Position numbers and translations under genes: made by a program. Under the pieces are notes generated by a model. It ran no database searches and was not told the origin of the DNA. It saw only the letters and a list, made by a program, of their open reading frames with translations. 64,000 bases of DNA from the human T2T-CHM13v2.0 reference genome, Homo sapiens, in NCBI RefSeq assembly GCF_009914755.1, contig NC_060940.1. The stretch is one strand, 5' to 3'. This document shows positions 14,309 to 29,240 of this stretch, piece by piece. The stretch's first letter is position 1. Every line of letters starts with the position of its first letter.

Positions 14309-14817
14309 GTAGGCAAAGAAAACTTCATTGGCAAAACTTTGGCTTCATTGGCTACTTTCTCCAAGGCAAGATGGATGAGTTGGAATTCATGGGCCCTCGA
14401 GCCTGTGTTGTCACCTGGTGTTATGCCTCCAAATAACCAGGTTCATTGTTTTGTTTTGTTTTTTTACTTTTCCTTCATCATTTGCAGTAATATGCCAACC
14501 CTTAAGTTTATTAATCTCTGCAGTGAGACAGGAATTCATCCTCACATCATTAGAGTCATCACTGTAGAAGAGGGAGAGACACTGAAATCCTCCAGACCTG
14601 CCATATCCCTGGGCCTCTGAGGAAACTGAGATCAGAGAGGCTAAGACATTTGCCTGAGGCCACAAAGCAGAGATGGAACAAAAACCCAGGGCTGCTGACA
14701 CCCAGTTCAATCCCTTCCCTCTAACTCAGCCCAACCACTTCCCTGAGGAAGCTGTTTGAAATATCCTGCTGCTTCTAAAAGGCGATTTTCTGTTTATAAG
14801 ACTGTTCTTCCGTGGAC

Positions 14818-14997
14818 CAGTGGTTCTCAACCTTGGATGGCTACACATTAGCATCCCCTGGGGAGCTAACAAATGATAACAATACTAGGCCCCACTTCAG
14901 AGATTTTAATCAATTGCTCTGGGATGGGACCAGGCATATAATTTTCTAAAGCTCCCTAGATGATTCTATAACATGTGCTGAGCTTGCGAATTACTAC
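14818..14997. mobile_element. MER5-family (MER5A1/MER5B-like) DNA transposon
   Basis: cagtggttctcaaccttgg...catcccctggggagc...aaagctccctagatgattct. Confidence 0.75.
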
Positions 14998-15129
14998 CTA
15001 GACTGTGGGATTCTCAAAGGTAGTGTCCATTCCCTATTCTGTTAGTAGCAAGATCTTAGGAGATTCTTAGTAAGCGTGTATTGAGGGAAAGACTAGAACA
15101 ATGCTAAAAAAAAAAAAAAAAAAAACCAT

Positions 15130-15660
15130 CCTCATCAGCATCACCTGGTGTGTTAGCCCATTTTCTTGCCTCTGATAAATACATATCCACAACTGGGCAA
15201 TTTACAAAAGAAAGAGGTTTAATGGACTCACAGTTCTACGTGGCTGGGGAGGCCTCACAATCATGGCAGAAGGCGAAAGGCATGTCTTACATGGCGATAG
15301 ACAAGACAGAATGAAAGCCAAGCGAAAGGGATTTCCCTTTATAAAACTGTCAGATCTCATGAGACTTATTCACTATCATGAAAACAGTATGGGGGAAACT
15401 GCCCCTCCACGATTCAATTATCTCCTACCGGATCCCTCCCACAACATGAGGGAATTATGGGAGCTACAATTCAAGATGAGATTGAGTGGGGACACAGTGC
15501 AACCATATCACCTGGGAACCTCTTAGAAATACAAGCTCTCAGTCTCCACTCCAGATGCACTGATTCAGAGGCTCTAGGGGTAGAGCACGGCAAACTGTTT
15601 TAACCATCCCACTAGAAACTAGATCATTCTAATGAATGCTATCACTGAGAATCTCTAGAA
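15130..15660. mobile_element. MER5A split by a THE1 LTR
   Basis: catcagcatcacctgg | gaacctcttagaaatacaag...ctgagaatctct is contiguous MER5A once the LTR is removed. Confidence 0.75.
15149..15510 (-). mobile_element. THE1 (THE1C/D-like) MaLR solo LTR
   Basis: aaagaaagaggtttaatggactcacagtt...ggggacacagtgcaaccatatca; TG...CA ends; perfect 5-bp TSD cctgg at 15144-15148 and 15511-15515. Confidence 0.93.
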
Positions 15661-15869
15661 CAGAGGAATCCAAATATGCATGGAAATATTTAGTTAGAAA
15701 CATAAAACTAAAATTAGAGTCTATGGGAAGATAATGAAGCATTGCCCCCAAAAGGTGGTGTGATAATTGTGTTAGGAATTCAGGGTTGGTGAAAGAAAAG
15801 GGAGAAGCACAGGTACATTATGGATGCTGTGAAAGGAGGGGTGGAGATGAGGTTGGAGAAGTCACTGGG

Positions 15870-15927
15870 ACCTTGAATAGCAGACTTGGGAACTGAGAAC
15901 CTTGAATAGTGGACTCAGGAACTGAGA
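15870..15927 (+). repeat. 2 x 29-bp tandem duplication
   Basis: accttgaatagcagacttgggaactgaga / accttgaatagtggactcaggaactgaga. Confidence 0.85.
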
Positions 15928-16114
15928 GTTACTGTTTGTCTAAGGGAGCAAGGGATTGGGGACAGCGGTCATCTCACTGGACAGTAGAAGGCCATCCCCA
16001 AAGGTGCAGGTCCCAGGGAGGTCCTCTGATCCTCACAACAGTGCTGTGGGTGAAATCCTGCAGGTAAATGGTGCAGATACCCAATGTGGGATCATGGAAA
16101 ACATGGACTTAGAA

Positions 16115-16295
16115 ACCCCCAAAATCCTAGCTTTGTAGCATACTAGCCAGAAGTCCTTGAGCAAGGGACTTATGTTTTCTGAACTTTAGGTTCATCATCT
16201 CTAAAGTGAGTACAATATACTTGGCAAGGTGGTTATAAAGTTTAAATTATAAAGACTTGTAAGCAGCTGGTGCAGTGCCTGGAAAGTGAGTGTTG
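16115..16295 (+). mobile_element. MIR SINE
   Basis: ccttgagcaagggacttatgttttctgaactttaggttcatcatctctaaagtgag...gcagtgcctgg. Confidence 0.65.
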
Positions 16296-17461
16296 TTCAC
16301 ACCTGATAGCTAGAATCCTGTTTCAGATGAGAAAGCATAAACCCCCAACCCGTTGCTCTTCTAGTACTGACCATAAAGAAAGCTGGAGAGGTACACAGCT
16401 CGCCAAACTGCAAGAAAGGAAGTGGCCCCTTTAGTGAGAAAAGGACAGGTTTAAGTGTGTTTCTTCTAGAACCCTTCCTGAATTTGGTGGGTGAGTTCCC
16501 AGGCCAGCTCGCAAAACCCACTTTAACTTGGACTCTCTGAATTCAGGTCCACAACCCTGAGAGGAGAAAGCCATTGGGCAAAGAGAGAGCAGTATATGAC
16601 CCATGCTCTGTAGTACCTCTGGCCTCTCTCCAGGCCAGGGCCAAGGCCACCAACACCATTGAGTTAAGAGATTGAAAATGTCATGAGTGTTTCCCAGCCT
16701 GGTGTTTACCCAGTGTTTGTGCCCAAGAATGCTGAACTTAAAGTGACTGGCAGGAAATAAAACCAAGGGAGACATTTCTTTGTAGTGTTCTTTAAAAAAA
16801 TACAAAAGTAAAAGAACTCCACCTAAAGTAATTAACTTACAAGCATATGGAAGCCACAGAAAAACTGAAAGGGCACAATCTGGCTTGAAAATGAGCACAT
16901 GCAGCAGGTAAGCACCATTCAGTGAAATACAAGATGGTTCTTCTTCCACCGTTCACTGATCATGTCCCTTGGGAAAGCGTCACTCCTAGGTGCATTCTAT
17001 GCATCCCACTTCAGGAGAGCCCTTTCCCATAATCAGGTATTGTTTATTTGTTCAGTAATCAACAAGTGCTTATTGTGCGCCTAGCACTGTGCTGAAAACT
17101 AAAGAGCAAAGATGAATAATGTGAACTGTGGTTGGGGGGGGCGGTACTTCATCCATCCTTCAAGGGGTTTACTGACTAGATTGCTAGAGGCAATTGTTCT
17201 CATTTAATCCCAATAATAACACTACTAGGTGGGCATTACAATCTTTCCCATTCTATAAATAAGAAAATTTAGACTCAGAGGAAAGAAAAATACTACCTTG
17301 ATGATTATTAAGTAGAGGAGATGGGATGTGAACCCAGGACTTTATGTCTCCAATAACAGGGCTCATGCCATATATAGTGGAGGTGAAGGACAAGTCTGTT
17401 GTCCTCTTTCTAACCCTCAGGAATCCCACGTGTAAAAGTAATGACTTGAGGAAATAAATAA

Positions 17462-17741
<280 letters not shown>

Positions 17742-17909
17742 ATGTTTCTTATCAGACTAATGCCAGAGAGGTATAATGAGACATGTTCCACGCCCCCTTT
17801 GCATTATAGCTTGAAACAGTCTCTCAGGTTAAATTTTAAGAGCCCTGGCTGAGGAGGAAGTCCATTCAGATGGTTGGCGGGGGGCTTCGAATTTTATTTT
17901 TGATTTACA
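17742..17909 (-). mobile_element. ERV1 LTR fragment (MER4/MER41-like)
   Basis: gtccattcagatggttggcggggggcttcgaattttatttttgatttaca terminus. Confidence 0.7.
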
Positions 17910-17964
17910 AGGTCCATTCATCTAATGCTTTGGTCTATTTTTAAGCACACAGACATACACAAGT

Positions 17965-19231
<1,267 letters not shown>

Positions 19232-19241
19232 TTGCCTTGTT

Positions 19242-19520
19242 TTTTGAGATAGCTTCTTGCTGTGTTGCCCAGGCCAGTGGTATGATCTCAGCTCACTACA
19301 GCCTCAACCTCCTAGGTTCAAGTGATACTCCCACCTCAGCCTCCTGAGTACCTGGGACTACAGGCATGCACCAACACACCCAGCCAATTTTTGTATTTTT
19401 TGTAGAGACAGGGTTTTCCCATGTTGCCCAGGCTGGTCTTGAACTCCTGAGCTCAAGTGATCTTCCTGCCTCAGCCTCCAAAAGTACTAGGATTACAGGC
19501 ATGAGCCACCACACCTGGCC
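19242..19520 (-). mobile_element. AluJ SINE
   Basis: Antisense Alu with J features; its T-tract continues at ~18898-18917 beyond the AluY. Confidence 0.92.
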
Positions 19521-22159
19521 TAGTTTTTACTGCTAAGAAAAGAAAACCTAGGAGAAGAGACACTATCTTCCCCTGCAGCTAGGGTGCCAAGGATGCTTTC
19601 TGCTTTGGGAAGAGGAATCTCTGGAAAGCTTCATCCAATTCACAAGAATTCTAGCTCTGCCCAAGGCAGGCAAAGGGACCCAGGGGCTCATGGAAGTCTA
19701 ACAGATAAAGACTGGCTCTTTCATCCTCCAGCCACAGGCAGAGATGAAATAAAGAAGAATGCTGTAAATCAACCACCACATAATCACACATTTTTGGAGT
19801 TTGCTTGTAATTAGTCTATATTCATAGTGTTGTGTGGGTAGAGAAATCTGCACCCAAGGAAACTCTGAAAACCAACATGTTTGTTTCAACTGACTGATCT
19901 ACAGGAACCATATGCCAAGTGGCAGACAGCTGAATCCCTCCCCTGTCTGCGGACCTAGGGCCATGCATATACAAAATACACCTCAGGGCAGCATTTCCTG
20001 CTCCTGTCCCCCAGGCTCACATCCCAGGTCATCTCATCTGACTCTGCTTTATCTTGTTTGCATTTGCCAAGATTTCCCCTCAAGAAAGCAAGTTTTTTAT
20101 TATCATGCTGACTTCTGAGGGACAGTCAGTGACATCAGTCAGGGAATGGGGACAAATGGCCACTGACCTGTGTTGAAATAATTTCACACCAGGAGCAGTG
20201 CCAGATGTTTCACCCATCTTCAGCCCTCCCAGAAGCCCTGCAAAGGAGGCATTCTACCACCTGAACCTCTTATGACTTAGGCTGGGTCCACACGCTGCGT
20301 GGACTGGAGATCCTGGACTAAGATTGAATTCACAGGACCATCTTATTTCATGCAGTAATAATAACTTAAAAACATGAAAACTAAAGTACAGAGGATTTGC
20401 AGTTTCCAAATTATATGCACATCCAACATTTCATTTGAGCCACATAAAGACTTGAAGTTTGACTTTGTCTTTACCTAGTGATTTTGGCCTCCTGTTGACA
20501 ACATGACTGTGTTGCGTCATCTAGGAAAAGTCACGAAACCTTCATCTGATCTGGCTGGATTTCCACATATAACAAACCCCAAATGTCTTTTTCTCCTTTC
20601 TAGCAGGCCTTAGCAAAGCACTTAGTGTAGAAACTATAGCAGTATGACCCACATACAAGGTTTATATATGTACAGGAGAAGGGGTGAGTTCCTCCCATCT
20701 TGAAGAAGCGTTGTTCATCTGATCAGCTTTCACAGTGTGTCGACTCCCTGTCTGCAGACTAGTTGCATTGCCCCTGTTCAGCCAGACCCAGAAAGACCCT
20801 AGGACACTATGCAAACAGCAGAGGGGTTCGTTAAGAATGGATGAGCTCAAATTATGTGATGATATATACAGGTATGTTAGACATTTAATTCTGAAAGTAT
20901 CTCCTGCAACTAACAATGTCCCCCACAACACACTGCCCCCGCCCCCACACCGCAATTTACTATGGTGATGTCTGTGGTCTGCTTCGTTTTTCTTCCTCCA
21001 GTGCTGAGCCCAATTCCTGGCACACAATGCATGCTCAGTAAATATTTACCATCTGACTTGTTGAATCAAACAAAAGAATTAGAAAAACTATATCTGTTTT
21101 GTAGGTTTATTTTGCTGGATTTTTGCCCCCTGCTGTGGTCAAAGACAGTAATTCTCAACCTTGCCATCAACAAATCAGAAGCTTATTGGATGAATGGGGG
21201 CACTGAGATGGTGTGTTTGTAGACTGATACAGTGGAGTAAACTGGGGAGCTTTGGCCATGTACCACGAGGGTCTGGTGTGCATGATAGCAACAGAGGCCA
21301 GATACTGGTTTCTTGTGGCTTTGGGCCCAGCATGGGAAGATGGGGTGTGATGCCTTCCTTCAGCTCGGAGCCTGAGATACAGAATCTACTGCTGAAGAAG
21401 GCAGAAGCTGCAGTAGCCTCAGGGTATATGTCACTATTCTCTTGTTCTAAAAATTGCTACATCTGTACATGCACAAGCTAATAAAAATCTCTGTGCCACA
21501 TGGTTGAGAGCTTTATTACCCACTGTTGAGCGCCTCGATTGTTTAGGGTGCTCTCTTTCCAGCCTAAGCACTTGCTCACTGAGGGCAGGCTAGTGCCCAA
21601 GTGGGTGCTCTTGCATCCAGGTTCTGAACCAAGTGGACATCCCATGAAGGCTCCATTTTCTGCTGGCTCTCCCGGGGTCTTCCTTTGTCCTTGGGGTCCT
21701 GCCTGCTTCACCTGTTCTCTTTACTCACAGTCTTGCTCCCTCACCCTCATGTCCATGCAGCCTCTATCTGGAACTTTCCAAAGGCCAATCCCCATGAAGA
21801 GACAATGTCCTACCTGCCCAGCCTCAGGCAGAAGCCTCAGGACAGCTCAAGGACTTGGAATAGGGACAAAGGGGAGAAAGGAAAGGGCCCCTCAGAAAGA
21901 CCAAACAGAAAATCAAGGCGACAAGAGGAGACAGTAGCAGCTTACTGACCTGTGAGGGCGACTGCGTGAGAGGGGAGTGAGGTCAGGGTTTCAGCACCAC
22001 AGACTTGCTGCCATCCCTGCTCCCCTCCAGTGAGCTGCATGACCTAATCACATTCTGTAGCTTGGTGTAATGTGCACATCTGTACAACTAGAGGAAACTA
22101 CCATCAGTGATCTGTGAAAATATTTGATGCTATGTTGCTGCTTTCCTAGGCCCTTACAT

Positions 22160-22463
22160 AAGGAAGGAAGGGGAAGAGAGAGGGAGGCAAAGAGGGAGGA
22201 AAGGAGGGAGGGAGAGGGAAGAAAGGAGGGAGGGAGAGAGGGAGGGAGGGAGGGAGGGAGGGAGGGAGAGAGGGAGAAAGGGAGGGAGAGAGGGAAGAAA
22301 GGAGGGAGAGAGGGAGGAAGGGAGAAAGAGGGAGGGAGGAAAGGAGGGAGAAAGAGGGAGGGAGGAAAGGAGGGAGAAAGAGGGAGGGAGGAAAGGAGGG
22401 AGGGAGAGAGGGAGGCAGGGAGGGAGAGAAGAAGGGAGGGAAGGAGGCAGGGAGGGAGGGAGG
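22160..22463 (+). repeat. ~300-bp near-pure polypurine (GGGA/GGAG/GAAA) low-complexity tract
   Basis: Only isolated C residues across ~300 nt. Confidence 0.97.
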
Positions 22464-23762
22464 CCATACTCTGGGATAAATTAAAAAGTAGACAAATTTC
22501 TCTACCCTCTTGACACCTCCTTCTGAGTCCATTGTGGGATCTTGGGAAGAACATAAACATGATATACACCTAACAAACCTGGTGTGATTGGAGAGTCTTT
22601 TCAAAACATTGTGCTTAGGGGACCCCCAAGCCAATAATGAAAGCCCCTGGGCTGGAAAAGGAGTAAAGAGAGGAGACAGAGAAGGAAAGGAAAGTAAGAA
22701 AGAAGACAAAAAGTTGGTGTGACAATGATAGTTGCAGCAAAAAGAGTAACAACTGCCCAGGGCCTCTATGTGCCGTGCACGTGCTTCCTGTGGGCCATCT
22801 CATTCTTCCTCTAACAGCCCAGTGAGGGGCTTTCTAGGAGGTGATCACCAGGGCTCCGAGAGACCTGACCAAGCACACACAGCGGTAGGTGGCAGGGCTT
22901 AATCCCTGGCGGAATGCCTGGGGACAGTCCGTGATGGCGGCACTGCTCCCGCACCCGATTGTGCCTGCCTGTTCTCTTGTCACTGTCTCTCACTGAAATG
23001 AGCCCTTCTGTGGCCCAAGTCCTTAGGAGTAAAACAGTAGTGAGGACCCCCACCCCTGTGGTGGTGTTGTAAGGATTAAATGCATTGATTGACTTGCAGA
23101 ACGTAACAGAAAGCCTGAAACCTAACAAGAGCTCAATAAATGGTGGTTGTGATGAGAAGGCCACTGAGGACCACGAGGGAGAGGTGTCAGGATGTTTCCG
23201 TTCACCTGTGAAGCCTCAACGTGCAGCCAGACCTAGCACCTGACTGGCATTCAGAAAGTGTGCTTGGTTGAAGGCAGGCATGCAGGAACACAAGTCTAAA
23301 GTCTGAGGCCCCCCAGCTGGCCCAGTCCTGAGTCAATCCCAGCCTTCCTCACTCAGGGACCCCCAAGTTCCATCATGGCCTGGCCAGTGTCAGAGCACAG
23401 CTAGCAACCCCTGCTGCTAGCAGGACCCAAGTTAACACTCTCATCTCCTCTGTGCAGGAGTCCTCTCCCTCTGCCTGCCCTTTTCTGGAGCCCTGTTCTT
23501 CTTCCACTAAGGAGTCAGCAAGGAGCTACTTCTTACTGCACTGGAGGCTTTCAATCACAGGACAAGGCAGAATCAAATTGCAGGAGTCTGGGGGAGCCTC
23601 TCCCCCACTGGAAATGCCCGCAGACTCTGCACCTGGCTGAGATGATTGACTGGAAAGTCCAGCTGTCAGTCTCTCTAGCCTCCATTTCCTCTCCTGCAAA
23701 ATGGAAGTAGCAAAGTCTACAGGGCCAGGTATTGTGAAAAGTAAAGTCAGTTCCTGCTTTGA

Positions 23763-24575
<813 letters not shown>

Positions 24576-25389
24576 TATACCCCAGGCTCCTTTCTAGGTT
24601 CATAATGTTCTCTGTTATTGGAAGCACATTCTCAAGGCCCACTTTTTCCAAGAACCATCCCCAGCTCAGCCATAAGGTAGATCTCTGTGCTGACTTTCCA
24701 CCTACCATTTGGCCCTCTTCCTCTCACTGTCAGACCTCGGTCCATGAACACAACCTCTCCCTCGCAACCATTCAAAAGGAACTCAGGCTCTCTCGAGCAC
24801 CTCTTCATCCCCGCTCAGCACCCGGCACAAGCCCTGTGCGCTCTGGGGAGTTTTAAGAGACCGATAAGCATTTCCTCCCTCACTCCCACTCTGGCGACAT
24901 CGCATTAGCATTTCTGTTTTAAACACCAGTGATCTTTTATGCTGACCTTTTCTCGGTCCATGACTCATAGGAAGGTCTGGCACAGGGATGCACCTGTCCT
25001 ATCCTCTACCCCTGACTACCTGCAGAGGGATGCCTTCCTGGAACCCCAGAGCATTGAGCCTGAAGAGCCCCTAAAGACCTGTTCCCATCCCCTCATTCTG
25101 CTGATGGGGAAGTGGAGAACCAGATTTTGTAAGGGACTTCCCAAAAGCTGCAAGATGAGTTTGTGAGGAGGGAGACCAATCTAACCCACTGCCTTCAGGG
25201 TGTAGCATTTACAGAGAGCCCGAGGGCACCTGGCCTTGTGTCAGATGCCTCACGCATCTAGGTGCCTCTTCAATGCAAGTGCCCGGCCAGGTGTGACCAC
25301 ATGGGGGCCACAAGAATAACACACAGCATCTTCCTGAGGGTCTATCGTCTTCCAAGTTTTGGGGGAGAAAGGTGAAGAAGGGTTAAGTA

Positions 25390-25780
25390 CACTAGGGTGA
25401 GGCAAGGGAGGCCCCTACCTCAGAGCAAAACTTAAAAGATGTCCAAAAACTCAGTAATCAAGATAAATTATATTTAAATGCAGTACTTTTTTAAAATCCA
25501 AATTAATGCCCCGAAATTCATTATGAACAAAACATCAAAACTGTAAGTAAAAATGGCATTCCATCCTGTATTTGCACAACTCTGCCTCACTTGCTTCCCC
25601 CTAATCCCAGTGCTGGTTCCAATAAAGCTTTATTTACAAACAGGAGTGGCCAGTTTGCCAATTTGAGTCTTTAAAATATTGCATCCGAATGTTATCTTGA
25701 TCACTGAGGTTTTTTATTTTTATTTTTTTTTTTTTGGATCCTTAAGGTGAGGGCCTCACTCTCCTCACCTTTTTCCTGGC
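25390..25780. mobile_element. MER96B-like hAT element with an internal MER58-like fragment
   Basis: actagggtgaggcaag...caaaaactcagtaatcaagataaat at left and its inverse tatcttgatcactgaggttttt at right; gttccaataaagctttatttacaaacagg inside. Confidence 0.65.
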
Positions 25781-26257
25781 TGGCTCACTAGTAAGTCATT
25801 TAAAATATGCACAAATAAAGCAAACCAAGTTATACCGACAAGTAGAATGCAAAAGCTCTGTGATTTTTTAAGATAAAACAACAGACTTGTGCTTTGGGCG
25901 ATATTGTCAAACTCCTGGAGCTCTGCATTCACCCTCTCCTCATTTAGGGGTGTTTCACAGCAACAGAATTGGACGGGATTATCCTGATAAATTAGGTGAG
26001 CCATTCTGTTCCACTTTCGAGATGAGGGAGCTGAACCTGAGAGCTGTTGGGTGAATTGTCACACGTCACCAAGTTAATGAATGATGAGAACCCAGGTAAA
26101 CTGCTGGCTGGCTGGTTGAGTAAAGACACACTTGCGTCTGAATCCCTTTCTTCATGTTAATAAAAACAGACAAGGGAGTGACCTGAATATGCCTCATTGA
26201 ACTTGTCAACCCACTTCTCCCCAGACAAGCACACCAACCCTCTGGAAGAACAGGTTA

Positions 26258-26702
<445 letters not shown>

Positions 26703-28364
26703 TTATGTCCTAAAGGTGGCCTAGAAATGAAAGCTGGAGCTGTATCAGGGGACCTTGGTGCCACCTGTGCCAAATTCATCACCCTCCATTCTTCCTCTGA
26801 TGGCTTCTCTCTCTGGACTGACATCCTCCTTCTCTCCAGTCCAGGCCAACTTCACACAAATTTCAAGACTCAATGTCACCCACCCTTTGCATAAGCCTTC
26901 CTTGACACCTCTTTGGCATTTGTGCTGCCTCTTTTGCATTCATTCATTCATTCATCCAATTCATAAATATCTCAGGAATTTCTTTAGCTCAGCACAGTGC
27001 AAGGATCTGAGGACACAGTGGAGAATAAAGAGACCTTGTCTGTGCTCTCATGGAGCTCATGGTATTGTTCCCATGGATCCAGTATCTCCCTCTCTCTTGT
27101 GGTGGGGTGGGCTCAAACTGAACTCCACTGGCCTGCTTCCCTCTTGTTCTCCCCAGCTTGACTGGAGCACCTCAAAACCATGTACTATTTATCTATAAAT
27201 CCTCGGGGCATAGCTGGACTCAGCCCAGAATAGATGCTCAATATAAACGTGAGTGAGTGAGAGACCCAAATTGGTGTTGATCTTGCACTGGTGTTGCAGG
27301 TTGTCTGATCATCATGCCCATGAGCTCTGCCCTCTGGCCATTTCTATCATCACCCAAATTCCCACTGGGGACATCTACAAGAAACAGAGCTGCTTTTCCA
27401 TCTAAGGGAGTCAGCTTCAACTGGCTGGGGCAGGAAATTTCCCCGTAGCTCCAGTCAGTGCACATCTTGAGCCAATGGTCCAGCAGGCTGTTGAAGGGTC
27501 TCAAAGACAGCATGCCTAATGCAATGCTTTTGATTGGAAAGTGGGCAAAGAGCTCTCAACGACCCACTTTCCCTAAATTACATGAAGCAAACACCTCCTC
27601 AAGTACAGCCACAGAAGCCTGTTTGAATCTTTTCCCCCCAGCCCTCCCATCCTGCCCACTGACCAGCATAGAGCAGTTGAAAAGCCAATAGCTGCTGAAT
27701 GAATTGGGAAAAGGATGCACCAGTCCATCTGCTTGGGGCAATGGGTTCACGTGTGAGTCTGTAGCATCACATCCAGATTTCTGCTCTTGTTCCCAGATTC
27801 CTTATGTAAATCTGTAGACTGAGTTCACCTCGAAATTTTAATGTGCTTATAAAACCCTAAACCTTGTAATGAGTCATGGATCAACTCAGAAGGGGTCAGG
27901 CCATGCCAACAAGCCCCCAGCTAGCTTAAGAGGGATGAGTCAAGTCTGAAAAGCCACTGATCTTACAAGGGAGGCCCCAGGGGGTGGAGGGCCAGAACCC
28001 CAGATCTTCACACGGAAACACAGGGCAGCAGTGTCCACTCCTTTTCCTCCACTGGCTCGACCCTGCTTCTTCCTGGCCTCCTCCCTGGCTGCTTCTCTGA
28101 CCTCTCAGCCTCCAAGCAGACAATTAAGCCTTTGCAAAGCACTCCTTCCCTCTGCTCTAGCACTCCATGCCCTGACCTTGATTTGTAGGCTGACCTTGGT
28201 ATTTGAGGCCTTCCCTAACCTCATTCCCTCACTCCCAAACCAGCTGTGTTTCAGAATGTTCTCCAAATTTAAATCTCTGCATAGATTCAGGGACATTTGT
28301 GGGCAGACCACAGACCTCTTTTCTAGCAAAACCCTCCTCCAACCCCTGGGTATTCTCTCTCTCT

Positions 28365-28470
28365 TATATATGTGTCATATATATATATGTGTGTGTGTGT
28401 ATATATATGTATATATATACACACACACACATATACATACACACACATGTACATATGTGTGTATTTATGT
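28365..28470 (+). repeat. mixed (TA)/(TG)/(CA) microsatellite
   Basis: Alternating purine-pyrimidine tract seen directly. Confidence 0.9.
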
Positions 28471-28774
28471 AACATCAGTTGAATGCATAGCATGTGCCAG
28501 GGGAGAGAACTAATGCTTCATTGAGAACCTACCACAGGAAAGAACTTTATCTTGAATTTCATTCCATTTTGGGGGCCAGATATTATTATTGTTCCCATTT
28601 TCAGTTGAAGTTACAGAGATGGAGACAGACTCAACCACTTGCCCAAGGACCCACAGATAAGTGGTGCTTGCACTCACATCTTAGCGTCTTGACTCCCATC
28701 GAGTCATCTGCCCACCTGCCCAGGTTCTGCCCATCTAGATCCCACCCTATGTCTGTGAGGCTGCCAGCTGCTTT

Positions 28775-29240
28775 AGTCAGGGCCTGGTGGGAAAGGGTGA
28801 TGGCTCACTCCAAAGGATATTTGAGGAGAGTTTGATAAAGCCCCTATTCACCTATGTGTGGGTAGGAAAAGCCACTGGGACTGTTCAGGGTGAGATCCCA
28901 AGGCTTGGGACAGGAGGAAGCCATCACCACTGCAGCCCAGAAAAGGGAAGGGGAGATAATGGCCAGAACCAGAACTAAGAGGGCTGTGTGGTGAGGGGTC
29001 TGTGGCTTTGTGCCAATAGGTGCAGCCAGCTCGTGGGCACCCCCAAGAAAGGATCATAGGGTATAAACACCCCAACACCCTCTTCCCCAGGCCCCACTTT
29101 AACCTTTGAACTCCTGTACTCGCCATTGACCAAAACCAATAGTAAGCCAGAGGGCAAGGGGGCCGGATGCGACGCCAGAAAGATCAGCATCCCAAGACAA
29201 AAAGCCAGAGGCATCCACCCTTGTCTAGGTGAAAATTCCA
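28775..29240 (-). mobile_element. LTR33/LTR16-like ERVL LTR
   Basis: gatggctcactccaaaggatatttgaggagagtttgataaag...cattgaccaaaaccaatagtaagccagagggcaaggg. Confidence 0.5.

Noticed and set aside
16785-16907. Acceptor/donor pair (tttctttgtag ... CAG|GTAAGC)
   Set aside because: Short pyrimidine tract and AT-rich interior; compatible with chance splice-like motifs.
16431-16949. 172-aa minus-strand ORF
   Set aside because: No recognisable homology or coding-like composition; within chance expectation for 64 kb in six frames.
22048-22709. Long ORFs (129-187 aa) rich in P/S/L/F or G/R/E
   Set aside because: Translations of the GA-rich low-complexity tract, which lacks stop codons by composition.
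22880-22980. Small CpG-enriched patch (others near 8.7-8.9, 43.4 and 48.6 kb)
   Set aside because: Far too short and sparse to be a CpG island or promoter.
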